Below are positions 31,980-42,573 of a stretch of 64,000 nucleotides of DNA, one piece after another. A program made the position numbers and the translations under genes. The notes under the pieces are model-generated. The model searched no databases. It saw only the letters and a program-made list of their open reading frames with translations, and was not told where the DNA came from. Origin of the DNA: Methanobacteriota archaeon (GTDB lineage Archaea; Methanobacteriota; Methanobacteria; Methanobacteriales; Methanobacteriaceae); assembly GCA_963787255.1 (NCBI GenBank), contig CAWBCJ010000025.1:1-64000 (forward strand), given 5' to 3'. How positions within the stretch are numbered: position 1 is the stretch's first letter; every line of letters starts with the position of its first letter.

Positions 31980-34730
31980 TTGGATAAAACCAACAAAAAA
32001 GGCATAAAGAACTCCATATCTCCATCTGCTGATGAGTTAAAAGTTTCAAACGAAGATTTACAAGCTACAAATAAGAAGCTTCAACAGCAGGTAGATGAAC
32101 TGGTAAAAGTCAATAAAGCTCTACGGGAAAGTGAAGAGCGTACGCGCCAAGCAATGGTTAAGGAACGCGAAAACGACGCTTTGAAGAGTTCTCCGGCATC
32201 AGTCGAAGATACACGGCTTAATGAATCCCTGCAAACCATTCAGGAGCGCCCATGGTTGAATTTGGCGTTGCGCTACAGTGCAGCCATCCTAGTGGTGATA
32301 ATTGCATTCTGGCTGTACGAAGGGATGACAGCGTGGCTTGGCCCAGGGCTACCGACATACATCCTGTTCTATCCTGCAATCATAATCGTGGCTTTCCTAC
32401 TCGGCTTCGGACCAGGCTTGCTGGCCACATTTATAGCGGTAATGATAGCAGTAATCTGGATTATACCACCAATCGGACAATTTGCAATCGACTCGCCCGT
32501 AGAACGATTTGGAGTAGTAATCTTTAGCAGTATGGGAGTACTGCTGAGCAGTGTGGCAGAACTTTACCGCCGAAACCGAATTAAAGCCGCCGCATATGAC
32601 AAGGAAACAGCCCTGCGTGAAACACGACAAGAGAAGGAATTTCTGGCCAACATCCTCGAACATGCCTCCCAGCCCTTTGCTGTAGGCTACCTCGACGGAA
32701 GATTGGGACGATTCAATCATGCCTTCGAGCAACTTACTGGATACACTGTTGAAGAGCTGCACACCATCGACTGGTCAGCTACCCTCACACCCAGAGAGTG
32801 GAGGGATATGGAAACGCAAAAATTAGACGAACTCCGTCGCACCGGTCAGCCCGTCCGCTACGAAAAGGAATACATTCGCAAGGACGGCTCCCGAGTGCCC
32901 ATCGAGCTGCTGGTCCATATGGTGTCAGATGAGAAGGGCAACCCTGAATATTACTATTCCTTCATTACTAATATTACCGAGCGTAAGAGGGCTGAAGAAG
33001 CATTAAGAGAGAGTAAAGAGCGATTAGATCTGGCGCAGAAGGTGTCAAATGTAGGTATATTCGAGTGGAACATTCAAACAGGAGTAAACACATGGACACC
33101 AGAACTAGAAGCCATATATGGACTTCAAGAAGGTGAATTCCCAGGGACACAGGAAGCGTGGGAAGAACTAGTTCACCCTGAAGACATGCAGGAAGCCGTA
33201 CGCGGTGTTGACATTGCATTAGAAACTGGAGAGCCAGGTGAAGGTGAATGGCGAGTTATATGGCCTGATGGCAGCATACGTTGGTTACTTGGACGTTGGC
33301 AAGTATTCAGTGACGATGTTGGGAAGCCTCTGAAGCTAATCGGGGTCAATGTTGATATTACTGAGCATAAAAATGCAGAAGAGCAAATTAGAATCTTGTT
33401 AGAAAAAACACAACAATTAAATGAAGAATTAGAAGTATCCAATGAAGAATTGCAAGCCACTACTGAGGAACTTCATGTTTCTAATGAAGAGCTCAGAGAA
33501 CAAGGCGATGAGCTGTTAAAAATTAATCGTTCTCTTAGTGAAAGTGAGGAGCGTTTCCGTAATCTTGCTGATAATATTCCTAATTTGGCTTGGATGGCAG
33601 ATGCAGATGGATGGATATTCTGGTATAATAAACAGTGGTATGATTATACTGGTACAACATTGGAGGAGATGCAGGGTTGGGGTTGGCAGAAGGTTCATCA
33701 CCCTGATTATGTTGAGTCAGTGACAGAAGAATGGTCCACAAGTATCAAAGAGGGAAAACCATACGATAATGTATTCCCATTGAAGGGTAAGGATGGTAAC
33801 TATCGCTGGTTCCTTACAAGAGTCACACCTATTAAAGACAATCAGGGTAAAATTCAACGCTGGTTCGGAACTAATACAGACATTACAGTGCGCAAAAAGT
33901 TAGAAGAAGAGTTAAGAGAATCTCGTGATAATCTTGAAGATAAGGTTAAAGAGCGTACTGTTGAGATTGAGGAAGCGTATAGTCTTGTGAAGGAAAATGA
34001 GTTTAAGCTTAAAGAGGTTATAACTGAGTTAGAGCGTTCTAACCGGGAATTGGAGAGTTTTGCTTATATTACTAGTCATGATTTACAGGAACCGCTTCGG
34101 AGTATTGCTAGTTATGCTCAGCTTATTGAGAGACGTTATAAAGGTCAATTGGATGATGATGCTGATGAATTCATTGATTTCATGGTTATTGGTGCTAAAA
34201 GAATGAAAGATATGATTCAAGGATTATTGGAGTATTCTCGTGTGGGTACACAAGGGGAAGAATTTAAAGATTTTAGTGCTGAAGATGCCTTGAATAATGC
34301 ATTATCTAACTTAAAATCGTCAATAGAAGAATGTGATGTGGAAGTAACTCATGATTCCTTGCCGGTTGTTTTTGGGGATGAAACTCAAATTATAAGTGTA
34401 TTCCAGAATTTAATAGGGAATGCTATTAAGTTTAAAAAGCCCGATGAACCTCCAAGAATCCATATTTCAGCACGAAAAGAAGGTAATGAGCATATTTTTA
34501 GCGTACAGGATAATGGAATAGGGATGGAAGAACAATATTCTGACCGTATTTTTGAAGTTTTCAAGCGTTTACATCCCATTGGGGAATATCAAGGTACTGG
34601 AATAGGATTAGCCATTGTTAAAAGGATTGTTGAACGTCATGGTGGTCGTGTTTGGTTGGAGTCCTCGTTGGGTGAAGGTTCTACTTTTTATTTTACTATT
34701 CCTTTATTAGAAGTGAAATCTAGTTTTTAA
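31980..34730 (+). CDS. Histidine kinase with DUF4118-like 4-TM domain, 3 PAS modules and heptad coil
   Basis: PTYILFYPAIIIVAFLLGFGPGLLA; PAS modules; [10 protein letters not shown]; intact 916-aa ORF. Confidence 0.92.
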   Translation: MDKTNKKGIKNSISPSADELKVSNEDLQATNKKLQQQVDELVKVNKALRESEERTRQAMVKERENDALKSSPASVEDTRLNESLQTIQERPWLNLALRYSAAILVVIIAFWLYEGMTAWLGPGLPTYILFYPAIIIVAFLLGFGPGLLATFIAVMIAVIWIIPPIGQFAIDSPVERFGVVIFSSMGVLLSSVAELYRRNRIKAAAYDKETALRETRQEKEFLANILEHASQPFAVGYLDGRLGRFNHAFEQLTGYTVEELHTIDWSATLTPREWRDMETQKLDELRRTGQPVRYEKEYIRKDGSRVPIELLVHMVSDEKGNPEYYYSFITNITERKRAEEALRESKERLDLAQKVSNVGIFEWNIQTGVNTWTPELEAIYGLQEGEFPGTQEAWEELVHPEDMQEAVRGVDIALETGEPGEGEWRVIWPDGSIRWLLGRWQVFSDDVGKPLKLIGVNVDITEHKNAEEQIRILLEKTQQLNEELEVSNEELQATTEELHVSNEELREQGDELLKINRSLSESEERFRNLADNIPNLAWMADADGWIFWYNKQWYDYTGTTLEEMQGWGWQKVHHPDYVESVTEEWSTSIKEGKPYDNVFPLKGKDGNYRWFLTRVTPIKDNQGKIQRWFGTNTDITVRKKLEEELRESRDNLEDKVKERTVEIEEAYSLVKENEFKLKEVITELERSNRELESFAYITSHDLQEPLRSIASYAQLIERRYKGQLDDDADEFIDFMVIGAKRMKDMIQGLLEYSRVGTQGEEFKDFSAEDALNNALSNLKSSIEECDVEVTHDSLPVVFGDETQIISVFQNLIGNAIKFKKPDEPPRIHISARKEGNEHIFSVQDNGIGMEEQYSDRIFEVFKRLHPIGEYQGTGIGLAIVKRIVERHGGRVWLESSLGEGSTFYFTIPLLEVKSSF

Positions 34731-34836
34731 AATGTGTTTAATCAATATTTTTTTTATATCATGGTTGGTTTCTTTTTTTTGGTAAAGCAGTTAAATTAAA
34801 GGTGTAACTGGTTATGGGACCATAACATTTATATGG

Positions 34837-34860
34837 TCATATGCACACTATACATATGAA
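34837..34860. promoter_or_regulatory. SmtB/CzrA/CadC-type operator overlapping the start of the ArsR gene
   Basis: tCATATGcACAcTATaCATATGa inverted repeat resembling the ATGAACA-n-TATTCA box; TATA-like tttatat at ~34828. Confidence 0.7.
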
Positions 34861-35214
34861 AGCATGATGTTTGTGAAATCGAATGTACCAACGAAAAAAC
34901 AGTAAAACAAGTTAAATCCAAAATGCTGGATGAAAACAGTTCTTTTAGAAGTAGCAGATAATTTTAAAATATTCGGCGACCTTACAAGACTAAAAATCTT
35001 ACAAGCACTATACCAAAGAGAACTATGCGTATGCGATTTAGCTGCAGTGCTTGAAGCAAATCAATCCACAATATCCCACCAATTACGCGTTTTAAGAAGT
35101 AAAAACTTAGTGAAATTCCGAAAAGAGGGTAAAATGGCTTTTTATTCCCTTGCAGATGAACATGTAGTTAAAATAATTGAAATGGGAGTTGAACATGCCA
35201 CAGAAAAACGATAA
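34856..35214 (+). CDS. ArsR/SmtB (CadC-like) metalloregulator (frameshifted 5' part)
   Basis: HDVCEIEC upstream; [35 protein letters not shown]...EH. Confidence 0.85.
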
Positions 35215-37140
35215 TTACAATGAAGAGACAATGGGAACATGTAAATTCTGCGAAGCCAATCCATATGAAGAAAAGGAAAAGAAAAAAGAAAAAGTCAAGC
35301 CCATCTACATTATAATAGTATCCGCTGTAATCTTAGCAGCTGGTTTGTATCTTAACTTCTTTACAGACCAGAAATTATTAGCAGAAATTCTATTTCTTGC
35401 AGTTGCTGTAGTTTCAGGATTTGAAATAGTACCTCATGGAATAAGGTCTTTATTTAAAGGAAAATTCAGCATAAGTTTTTTAATAACCGTTGCTGCTATT
35501 GGAGCATTTTTAATAGGTGAAGGAGCCGAAGGTGCATCAGTAATATTCTTATTCTTTATTGCAGAGTATTTAGAAGACTATGCTGGAGCTAGAGCTCGAA
35601 GGTCAATGGGAGCGCTTATAAAACTCACCCCCGAAACTGCCGTTGTTAAAAGAGAAGGTGGTGAAAATATTGAATTACACGCTCATGCAGTCAATATTGA
35701 TGAAATTGTGGTTGTTAAGCCTGGAGATAAAATTCCATTAGACGGAATAGTAGATTAAACGGTACTTCATCAGTTGATCAAGCTGCAATAACTGGAGAAA
35801 GCATACCTGTAACCAAAATGGAAGGAGATATGGTTTTTGCAGGTACCATAAATGAAGAAGGATACCTTGAAGTAAAAGTAACAAGAAGATCAGATGAAAC
35901 AGTATTATCTAAGATCATAGAACTTGTTAAAGCTTCACAGCAAAAGAAGTCAAAAACAGAAGCATTTATAGACCGATTTTCCAATTATTACACTCCTGCA
36001 GTAATAGGACTTGCAGTAATTGTTGCAACAGTACCAGCATTTATTTTTGGCTTAAATTTTGACACTTGGTTTTATAGAGCTTTAGTATTGCTTGTAGTTT
36101 CCTGCCCATGCGCATTAGCTATATCAACCCCTGTTTCAATGGTTTCTGGAATAACTGCAGGTACCAAAAACGGGGTGTTAATTAAAGGGGGTGAATATGT
36201 TGAAGAGATGCAAAAAATCAAAACAATGGTATTTGATAAAACTGGAACTCTTACAGAAGGAAAATTAGAAGTAACAGATGTTATCAGGTTAAACAATTAT
36301 TCTGAAAGTGAGATTCTTCAAATAGCAGGTTCGTTGGAATTTAAATCTAAACATCCGCTTGCAGAAGCGGTTATACGATACATGGGAAAATCAGGTATGG
36401 ACTTTAAAGAAGTGTATAATTTTGAATCAGTTACCGGAAAAGGTATTAAAGGCCGGATCAATAAAAAAATGTTCTATATTGGTAAAAAAAGTCTATTTAA
36501 AGGTGATACTGAATTTCTTGATGAATTATTGCATAAACTTCAAAATGAGGGTAAAACTGTTGTTATTGTTGGTAATGATAAACATATTATTGGTTTAATC
36601 GGATTAATGGATAAAATCAGACCACTTTCAAGAAGCACCATCCGGGAACTTAAAGAAAAAGATATTAGAACTGTTATGCTTACTGGGGATAATGAAGGCA
36701 CAGCAAAAGCCGTATCCTCCAAAATAGGTATTGACGAATACTATGCTGGTCTTTTACCTGAAGATAAGGTTAAAATTATTGATGAATTACTTGGAAATGA
36801 TGTGCATGTTGCTATGGTGGGTGATGGTGTAAATGATGCTCCTGCACTTGCAAGGTCTAATGTGGGTATTGCGATGGGTACTGCAGGTTCAGATGTGGCA
36901 ATAGAAACTGCAGATGTAGCATTAATGCATGATGACATCTCTAAAGTCAATTACCTCATAGATTTAAGTAAAAAGACAATGACTGTAGTTAAACAAAATG
37001 TTTCATTATCTATTTTAGTTAAAGGTTCATTTGCATTTTTTGCAGTGCTTGGATTTGTTTCATTATGGATGGCAGTAGCATTTGGAGACATGGGATTAAC
37101 TCTTGCTGTAATATTAAATGCTCTTAGAATTGGAAAATAG
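35195..37140 (+). CDS. cadA: Heavy-metal (Cd/Zn) P1B-type ATPase (frameshift ~35755)
   Basis: [31 protein letters not shown]. Confidence 0.9.
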
Positions 37141-37362
37141 CAAATAAAAGTATTTTTAAAAAGGTAGGCATGTTTTTTACTATGATTTTTTTAGTAAGGA
37201 ATTTCACCATTTTTTTTTAGTATTAAATTATCTAATATGCAAGACTTAGGAATCCATAAAAAAAAGGGGAAAGTTTTTATTTTCAACTAACAAATAGGAG
37301 TTTAAAAGAATATTGATGAATGATGACTAAATCATAATGTATCATAAATGTAGGGGATGCAA

Positions 37363-37470
37363 ATGGAGCTAGTAATATTATATGAGGATGATTGTTTACT
37401 AGTTGCAGAAAATATTCTGCATGATTTATATTTGGCTAAAAAAGAATTATCATCATTTAAAGAGGCATAA
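37363..37470 (+). CDS. Possible 35-aa peptide abutting the kinase start
   Basis: agggg RBS; MELVILYEDDCLLVAENILHDLYLAKKELSSFKEA*; stop directly followed by ATG 37471. Confidence 0.3.
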   Translation: MELVILYEDDCLLVAENILHDLYLAKKELSSFKEA

Positions 37471-39050
37471 ATGAATAAGAATCATTCTGATAAGTATGGA
37501 CTAGAAGTTATTTCAGAATATTTAAGCATTATCCTTGTTATAGCTGGTTTATTAATTATTATTGGATGGATATTCAACATTGCTGTATTAAAAAGTTTTT
37601 CCCCACCATTAAAGCCCATTAGTCCCATAAGTGCAATTCTTTTTGTTTTATTAGGTATTTCAATATGGTTAATGCAAAATAAGAGAATAAACAAGTTAAA
37701 TACCTTAATTACAAGATTTTTATTGTTTATTGTTGCATTTACGAGTTTTATTATTCTTTTAGAATACATATTAGGCCTTAATTTAGGTGTTAATAGTATA
37801 AATAACATTAATTTTGCTCTCATGTCCTTTATTTCAGCATTAAATTTCCTACTTACCAGTATTGCTCTTTTTATTTTGGACCTAGAAATAGATGATAAAT
37901 ACCCTGCTCAGTATATAATGCTCATTGTTGCATTCCTCACTCTTTTCACGATTGCAGGTTATATATATGGTGTTTCAGAGATATATCAGCTTTATTTTTA
38001 TATTTCAATATCTGTTTTTTCAATTATATTGTTTGTTTTAACGATTGCAGCGGTTTTAGGGGCACGTCCAGATAATGGTTTGGTTAAAACTTTAACTAGT
38101 GATTTATTAGGAAGCGCTTTTGCACGTAGAATACTTCCTTCAGTAATTTTCATTCCTTTACTTTTAGGTTTATTAGCATTTATAGGTCAAAGATTTGGTT
38201 TTTATGATATAGCATATGCAACAGCTATCATGGTTATTTTAACCATCGTATTTTTGGTAATTCTAGTTTGGAGCAGTATGAAATCTATTAACGATGCCGA
38301 TTATCAACGACTAAAAACAAAAGAGGATCTCAGAAAATTGGTGGCTGAATTAAAGCACTCTAACCGGGAATTAGAGAGTTTTGCTTATATCACCAGTCAT
38401 GACTTGCAAGAACCGCTTCGGAGTATCATTAGTTATGCTCAGCTTATTGAAATGCGTTATAAAGGCCAATTAGACAGTGATGCTGATGAATTTATTGATT
38501 TTATGGTTGGTGGAGCTTTACGGATGAAGGATATGATTCAAGGACTATTGGATTATTCACGTGTGGACACGCAAGGAGGGGAATTCAAAGATTTTAGAGC
38601 TGAAGAAGTTTTAAACGTTGTTTCTTATAATTTAAAAGTTTCTATTGAGGAATGTCGTGCGGAAATAACCCATGATCCTCTTCCAGTAATTTTTGCTGAT
38701 GAAAGTCAAATTACACGCGTATTCCAAAATTTAATATGGAACGCATTAAAATTCCGTAAAGAAGGAATACCTCCCGAAATTCATGTTTCAGCACGAAAAG
38801 AGGAATAATGAATACATTTTCAGTGTTAGTGATAATGGGATAGGACTAGAAGAACAATATTTTGACCGTATATTTGAAGTATTCAAGAGGTTACATACAA
38901 TTGATGAGTATAAAGGGGCGGGAATAGGATTAGCCATTGTTAAAGAGGATTATGGATCGTCATGGTGGTCGTGTTTGGGTGGAATCCTCGTTGGGTGTGG
39001 GTTCTACTTTTTATTTTACTATTCCTGTTGGGGTTAAATTTGGGGTTTAA
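37471..39050 (+). CDS. Membrane-bound histidine kinase, paralog of 22976 (frameshifts ~38805, ~38945)
   Basis: Same TM domain ([20 protein letters not shown]); [10 protein letters not shown]. Confidence 0.88.
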
Positions 39051-39189
39051 ATATTATTTGGTGATAATAATGAGTTTTTCATTTTTTTTGCGTAAAATTT
39101 AACTTAAATGATCTACAAAAAAAGATAATTAATACTATTTTAATAATAGTTCATACTATATTGGGATTGAATCACAAAGTGAAAAATTA

Positions 39190-40617
39190 ATGAACAAAAT
39201 TCCAAGAAACAACATTAATAGGCAACGAACTAGGCTAAAAACAGGAAAAAGCTCTCTTAAAGAAGATATAGTTAATTTAAACCTTGTTGAAATCATTGAT
39301 GTGCAAGTTATTCAATCACTTATGGATAATTTTAACAATCTTACTCATATTCCCATGAGCATCAATGATAATGATGGTAACGTACTTGTGGGCATAGGAT
39401 GGCAAGACATTTGCACCAAATTCCATAGAGCACATCCTAAAACTTGCAAAAATTGCATAGAAAGCGATACACAACTTACTACCGGTATTTCGAAAGGAGA
39501 ATTTAAGTTATACAAATGTAAAAATAACATGTGGGATATTGCCACTCCAATCATTGTAGCAGGCAAAAAGTTAGGAAATCTCATTTCAGGACAATTTTTC
39601 TTTGAAGATGAGGAGCCAGATTATGAATTTTTCCGAAAACAAGCACAAAAATACGGCTTTAACGAAGAAAAATATATTAAAGCACTTGATGATACTCCAC
39701 GTCTTAACATGCAAACTGTAAATGAAAGTATGGATTTCTTTATGAAATTTGCTGATATTATCTCTCAAATGAGTTATAATAACATTAGACTCAATAAGTC
39801 ATTAACTGAAAGTGAACAGTTAATGAACTCATTACAAAAAAGTGAAAAAAAATATCGAACACTTGCAGATAACCTTGAAGAAAAAGTAAATAAACGAACA
39901 AAAGAACTTAACGAAGCAGTTATAAACTTAAAAGGGTCCAACGCTGAACTACAACATTTTGCTTATGTGGCTTCTCATGACTTACAAGAACCTTTACGTA
40001 CTATTTCAAGTTTCACACAACTATTAGAGCGCAGATACAAAGATAAACTAGATAAAGATGCTGATGAGTTTATAGGATATATAATAAATGCTTCAAGCAG
40101 AATGCAACAGTTAATTAAAGATTTACTTGAATATTCAAGGGTTACATCCCAAGGAGAAGAATTTAAATTAACAAGTACAGAAGAAATTATAGAAGAGATA
40201 ATATCTGACCTTCAAATAACTATTGAAGAGAATAATGTAGAAATAACTTATGATTCCCTACCTGAAATATGGACCGATAAAATATTATTAACCCAAGTGT
40301 TCCAGAATCTAATATTCAACCCGGTTAAATACCGGAAACCTGATGAACCTCCAAAGATTCATATCTCAGCAAGAAAAGAAGAAAACCAGTATGTCTTTTC
40401 AGTTAGTGATAATGGAATTGGGATAGAAAAGCAATATTTTGACCGTATTTTTATGATATTCCAACGATTACACACACAAGAAGCATATCAAGGAACTGGA
40501 ATTGGACTTGCCATTGTAAAAAAAATTATTGACAATCATGGCGGCCGTATTTGGGTGGAATCCAAGTTGGGTGAAGGTTCTACTTTTTATTTTACAATAC
40601 CCGTTGATGGGGATTAA
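39190..40617 (+). CDS. PocR-domain sensor histidine kinase
   Basis: GWQDICTKFHR...CIESD...YKCKNNMWDIATPI...GQF; [10 protein letters not shown]. Confidence 0.9.
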   Translation: MNKIPRNNINRQRTRLKTGKSSLKEDIVNLNLVEIIDVQVIQSLMDNFNNLTHIPMSINDNDGNVLVGIGWQDICTKFHRAHPKTCKNCIESDTQLTTGISKGEFKLYKCKNNMWDIATPIIVAGKKLGNLISGQFFFEDEEPDYEFFRKQAQKYGFNEEKYIKALDDTPRLNMQTVNESMDFFMKFADIISQMSYNNIRLNKSLTESEQLMNSLQKSEKKYRTLADNLEEKVNKRTKELNEAVINLKGSNAELQHFAYVASHDLQEPLRTISSFTQLLERRYKDKLDKDADEFIGYIINASSRMQQLIKDLLEYSRVTSQGEEFKLTSTEEIIEEIISDLQITIEENNVEITYDSLPEIWTDKILLTQVFQNLIFNPVKYRKPDEPPKIHISARKEENQYVFSVSDNGIGIEKQYFDRIFMIFQRLHTQEAYQGTGIGLAIVKKIIDNHGGRIWVESKLGEGSTFYFTIPVDGD

Positions 40618-40861
40618 AAAATTAAATTTTATTTATACTACATTTTTACGCAAAAAGATTATATCCTTTTAAAATAAATATTGTTATTATATAACAGTTT
40701 AATAGGGATATATTATTTAAGGATCATTTTTTAACAGATACTATGATTTTATGATTATAATCTTATTGCACTATTTTGATTAAATTATATTATTTTTTAT
40801 ATAATTTTTTTCATGAATTACATTGATTTAAATAATATTATAAAAGGATAAAAGTGATTAA

Positions 40862-41857
40862 ATGTTTATACCAACAGTACCAACGCCTGAAGAAATATTA
40901 GATAAAAGCTTTAGCAGGGCTAAAAAGGCGGCAAATAAAGTAAGAACCTCTAAAATACCCCGATATAAAAAGGCAAAACAAACAGAAGAGGCCAGAATAA
41001 AAACAGCATTTCAAGTTACAAGAGACACTCTAAATAATTTACTAGACAAGACACCACAAGTTGAAAGCTTGCACATGTTTCACCAAGACTATATCGATGT
41101 TATGGTGGGTGTAGATGAGCTTAAAAAGTCTCTTGGAGCTTTAAACTGGGCAGTAGGATTGATGACAAAATTAGAAAATGAATTTGTTTTTAAAGTAAGG
41201 CGTTCAAGACCAGAAAATGCAGCTAATGTCAGGAAAGCAGCATTTGGTAGAATATCATCGATAGTAAACCAGATAAGAGATGAACTTGATTTTTTAAATT
41301 ATGTAAAAGGAAAATTAAGGAACATGCCCACAATTGATTTTGAAGCTTTCACAATAGTTATTGCAGGATTTCCAAATGTGGGAAAATCCACTGTCCTTCG
41401 GCAAATTACACCAGCCGAGCCTAAAGTAGCAGACTATCCCTTTACCACCCATGGAATTCAAATAGGACATTTTGAGAAAAGATGGAAAAAATACCAGATA
41501 ATAGACACTCCCGGACTTCTAGATAGACCTATTATGGACATGAACAATATTGAATTACGTGCAATGGTTGCGCTGGAACACCTTGCAGACGTTATTTTAT
41601 ACATTTTCGACGCATCAGAAACATCAGGTTATCCGCTTGACTCTCAAATGCGCCTTCACGAAGAAATAGAACATGTTTTTAAAACTCCCATCATCAACGT
41701 TTTTAACAAAATGGATTTGGTAGAAAATAATAAGTATTTGGAAAAATATATTAGTAAAATAGATGAGCCTCTAATGATTTCAGCTTCAGAAGGTTCTGGT
41801 GTAGAATTGATAATTAAGGAACTGGAGGAATTTAATAATGGAAAAAAAGGTAATTAA
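40862..41857 (+). CDS. NOG1 family GTP-binding protein
   Basis: [26 protein letters not shown]. Confidence 0.92.
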   Translation: MFIPTVPTPEEILDKSFSRAKKAANKVRTSKIPRYKKAKQTEEARIKTAFQVTRDTLNNLLDKTPQVESLHMFHQDYIDVMVGVDELKKSLGALNWAVGLMTKLENEFVFKVRRSRPENAANVRKAAFGRISSIVNQIRDELDFLNYVKGKLRNMPTIDFEAFTIVIAGFPNVGKSTVLRQITPAEPKVADYPFTTHGIQIGHFEKRWKKYQIIDTPGLLDRPIMDMNNIELRAMVALEHLADVILYIFDASETSGYPLDSQMRLHEEIEHVFKTPIINVFNKMDLVENNKYLEKYISKIDEPLMISASEGSGVELIIKELEEFNNGKKGN

Positions 41858-42422
41858 GACCAAAAAAGAATTAGAAATGGAAAAAGGCGGAGAAAAAGAA
41901 GTTAAAATGGAAAAAGAGGTCAAAACGGAAGGGGAAGAAGTTCCAGTTGAAACAGAAGAAACCACTGAGACCGAACCAATGGAAAAAAGACTAGAAAAAG
42001 GTAAAAATACCGCCCAAAAAGTATTTGATGATATGATAGCCACTTTCCGTGATAAACAGGGCGATTTTGAAAAGGCAATGTCAGAATACACCACAACAAG
42101 CACTGGTAAAATTGCAATGGATGTAATTGAAACTGAAGATAATATAATAGTGAAAACAGATCTTCCCGGTGTAAAAAAAGAGGATATAGTTATAGATCTC
42201 TCTGAAGATGCACTTGAAGTAATGGCCATTTTTGAAGATGAATCTGAATTTGAAGGTGCCAATTTCATCAAAAAAGAAAGAAGATACGGCGAAGCTAAAA
42301 GAAGCGTAAGTATAACTCAACCTATTAAAATCGACGAATCAACCGCTAAATTTGATGACGGTGTTTTAACAGTTACTATTCCTAAAGAAGCGAAGAAAAG
42401 ACATCAATTATCCGTAGAATAA
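41838..42422 (+). CDS. Hsp20/alpha-crystallin small heat shock protein
   Basis: [29 protein letters not shown]. Confidence 0.92.
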   Translation: MEKKVIKTKKELEMEKGGEKEVKMEKEVKTEGEEVPVETEETTETEPMEKRLEKGKNTAQKVFDDMIATFRDKQGDFEKAMSEYTTTSTGKIAMDVIETEDNIIVKTDLPGVKKEDIVIDLSEDALEVMAIFEDESEFEGANFIKKERRYGEAKRSVSITQPIKIDESTAKFDDGVLTVTIPKEAKKRHQLSVE

Positions 42423-42573
42423 AAAAAATTTTCTCTTAAAAAAATTACATAACTAATTCATTATATTACTTTTTTTAATCTACCCACAAAAAGAAAGGAA
42501 ATGACATTTTTTTTTTAGTGCCACTTTTTCCTTTATCTATTTTTTTTATTTAAAAAGAATTAAAGACTATTAT

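Noticed and set aside
8900-33900. CRISPR array or integron attC sites from the recurring ~30-bp junction
   Set aside because: Repeats are in-frame coding ([10 protein letters not shown]), spaced ~360-500 bp apart and non-palindromic; no cas or integrase gene is present
13563-40617. Phytochromes or light sensors
   Set aside because: Transmitters and receivers are Cph1/Rcp1-like, but no GAF-PHY (DIP motif) or LOV (NCRFLQ) signature is visible
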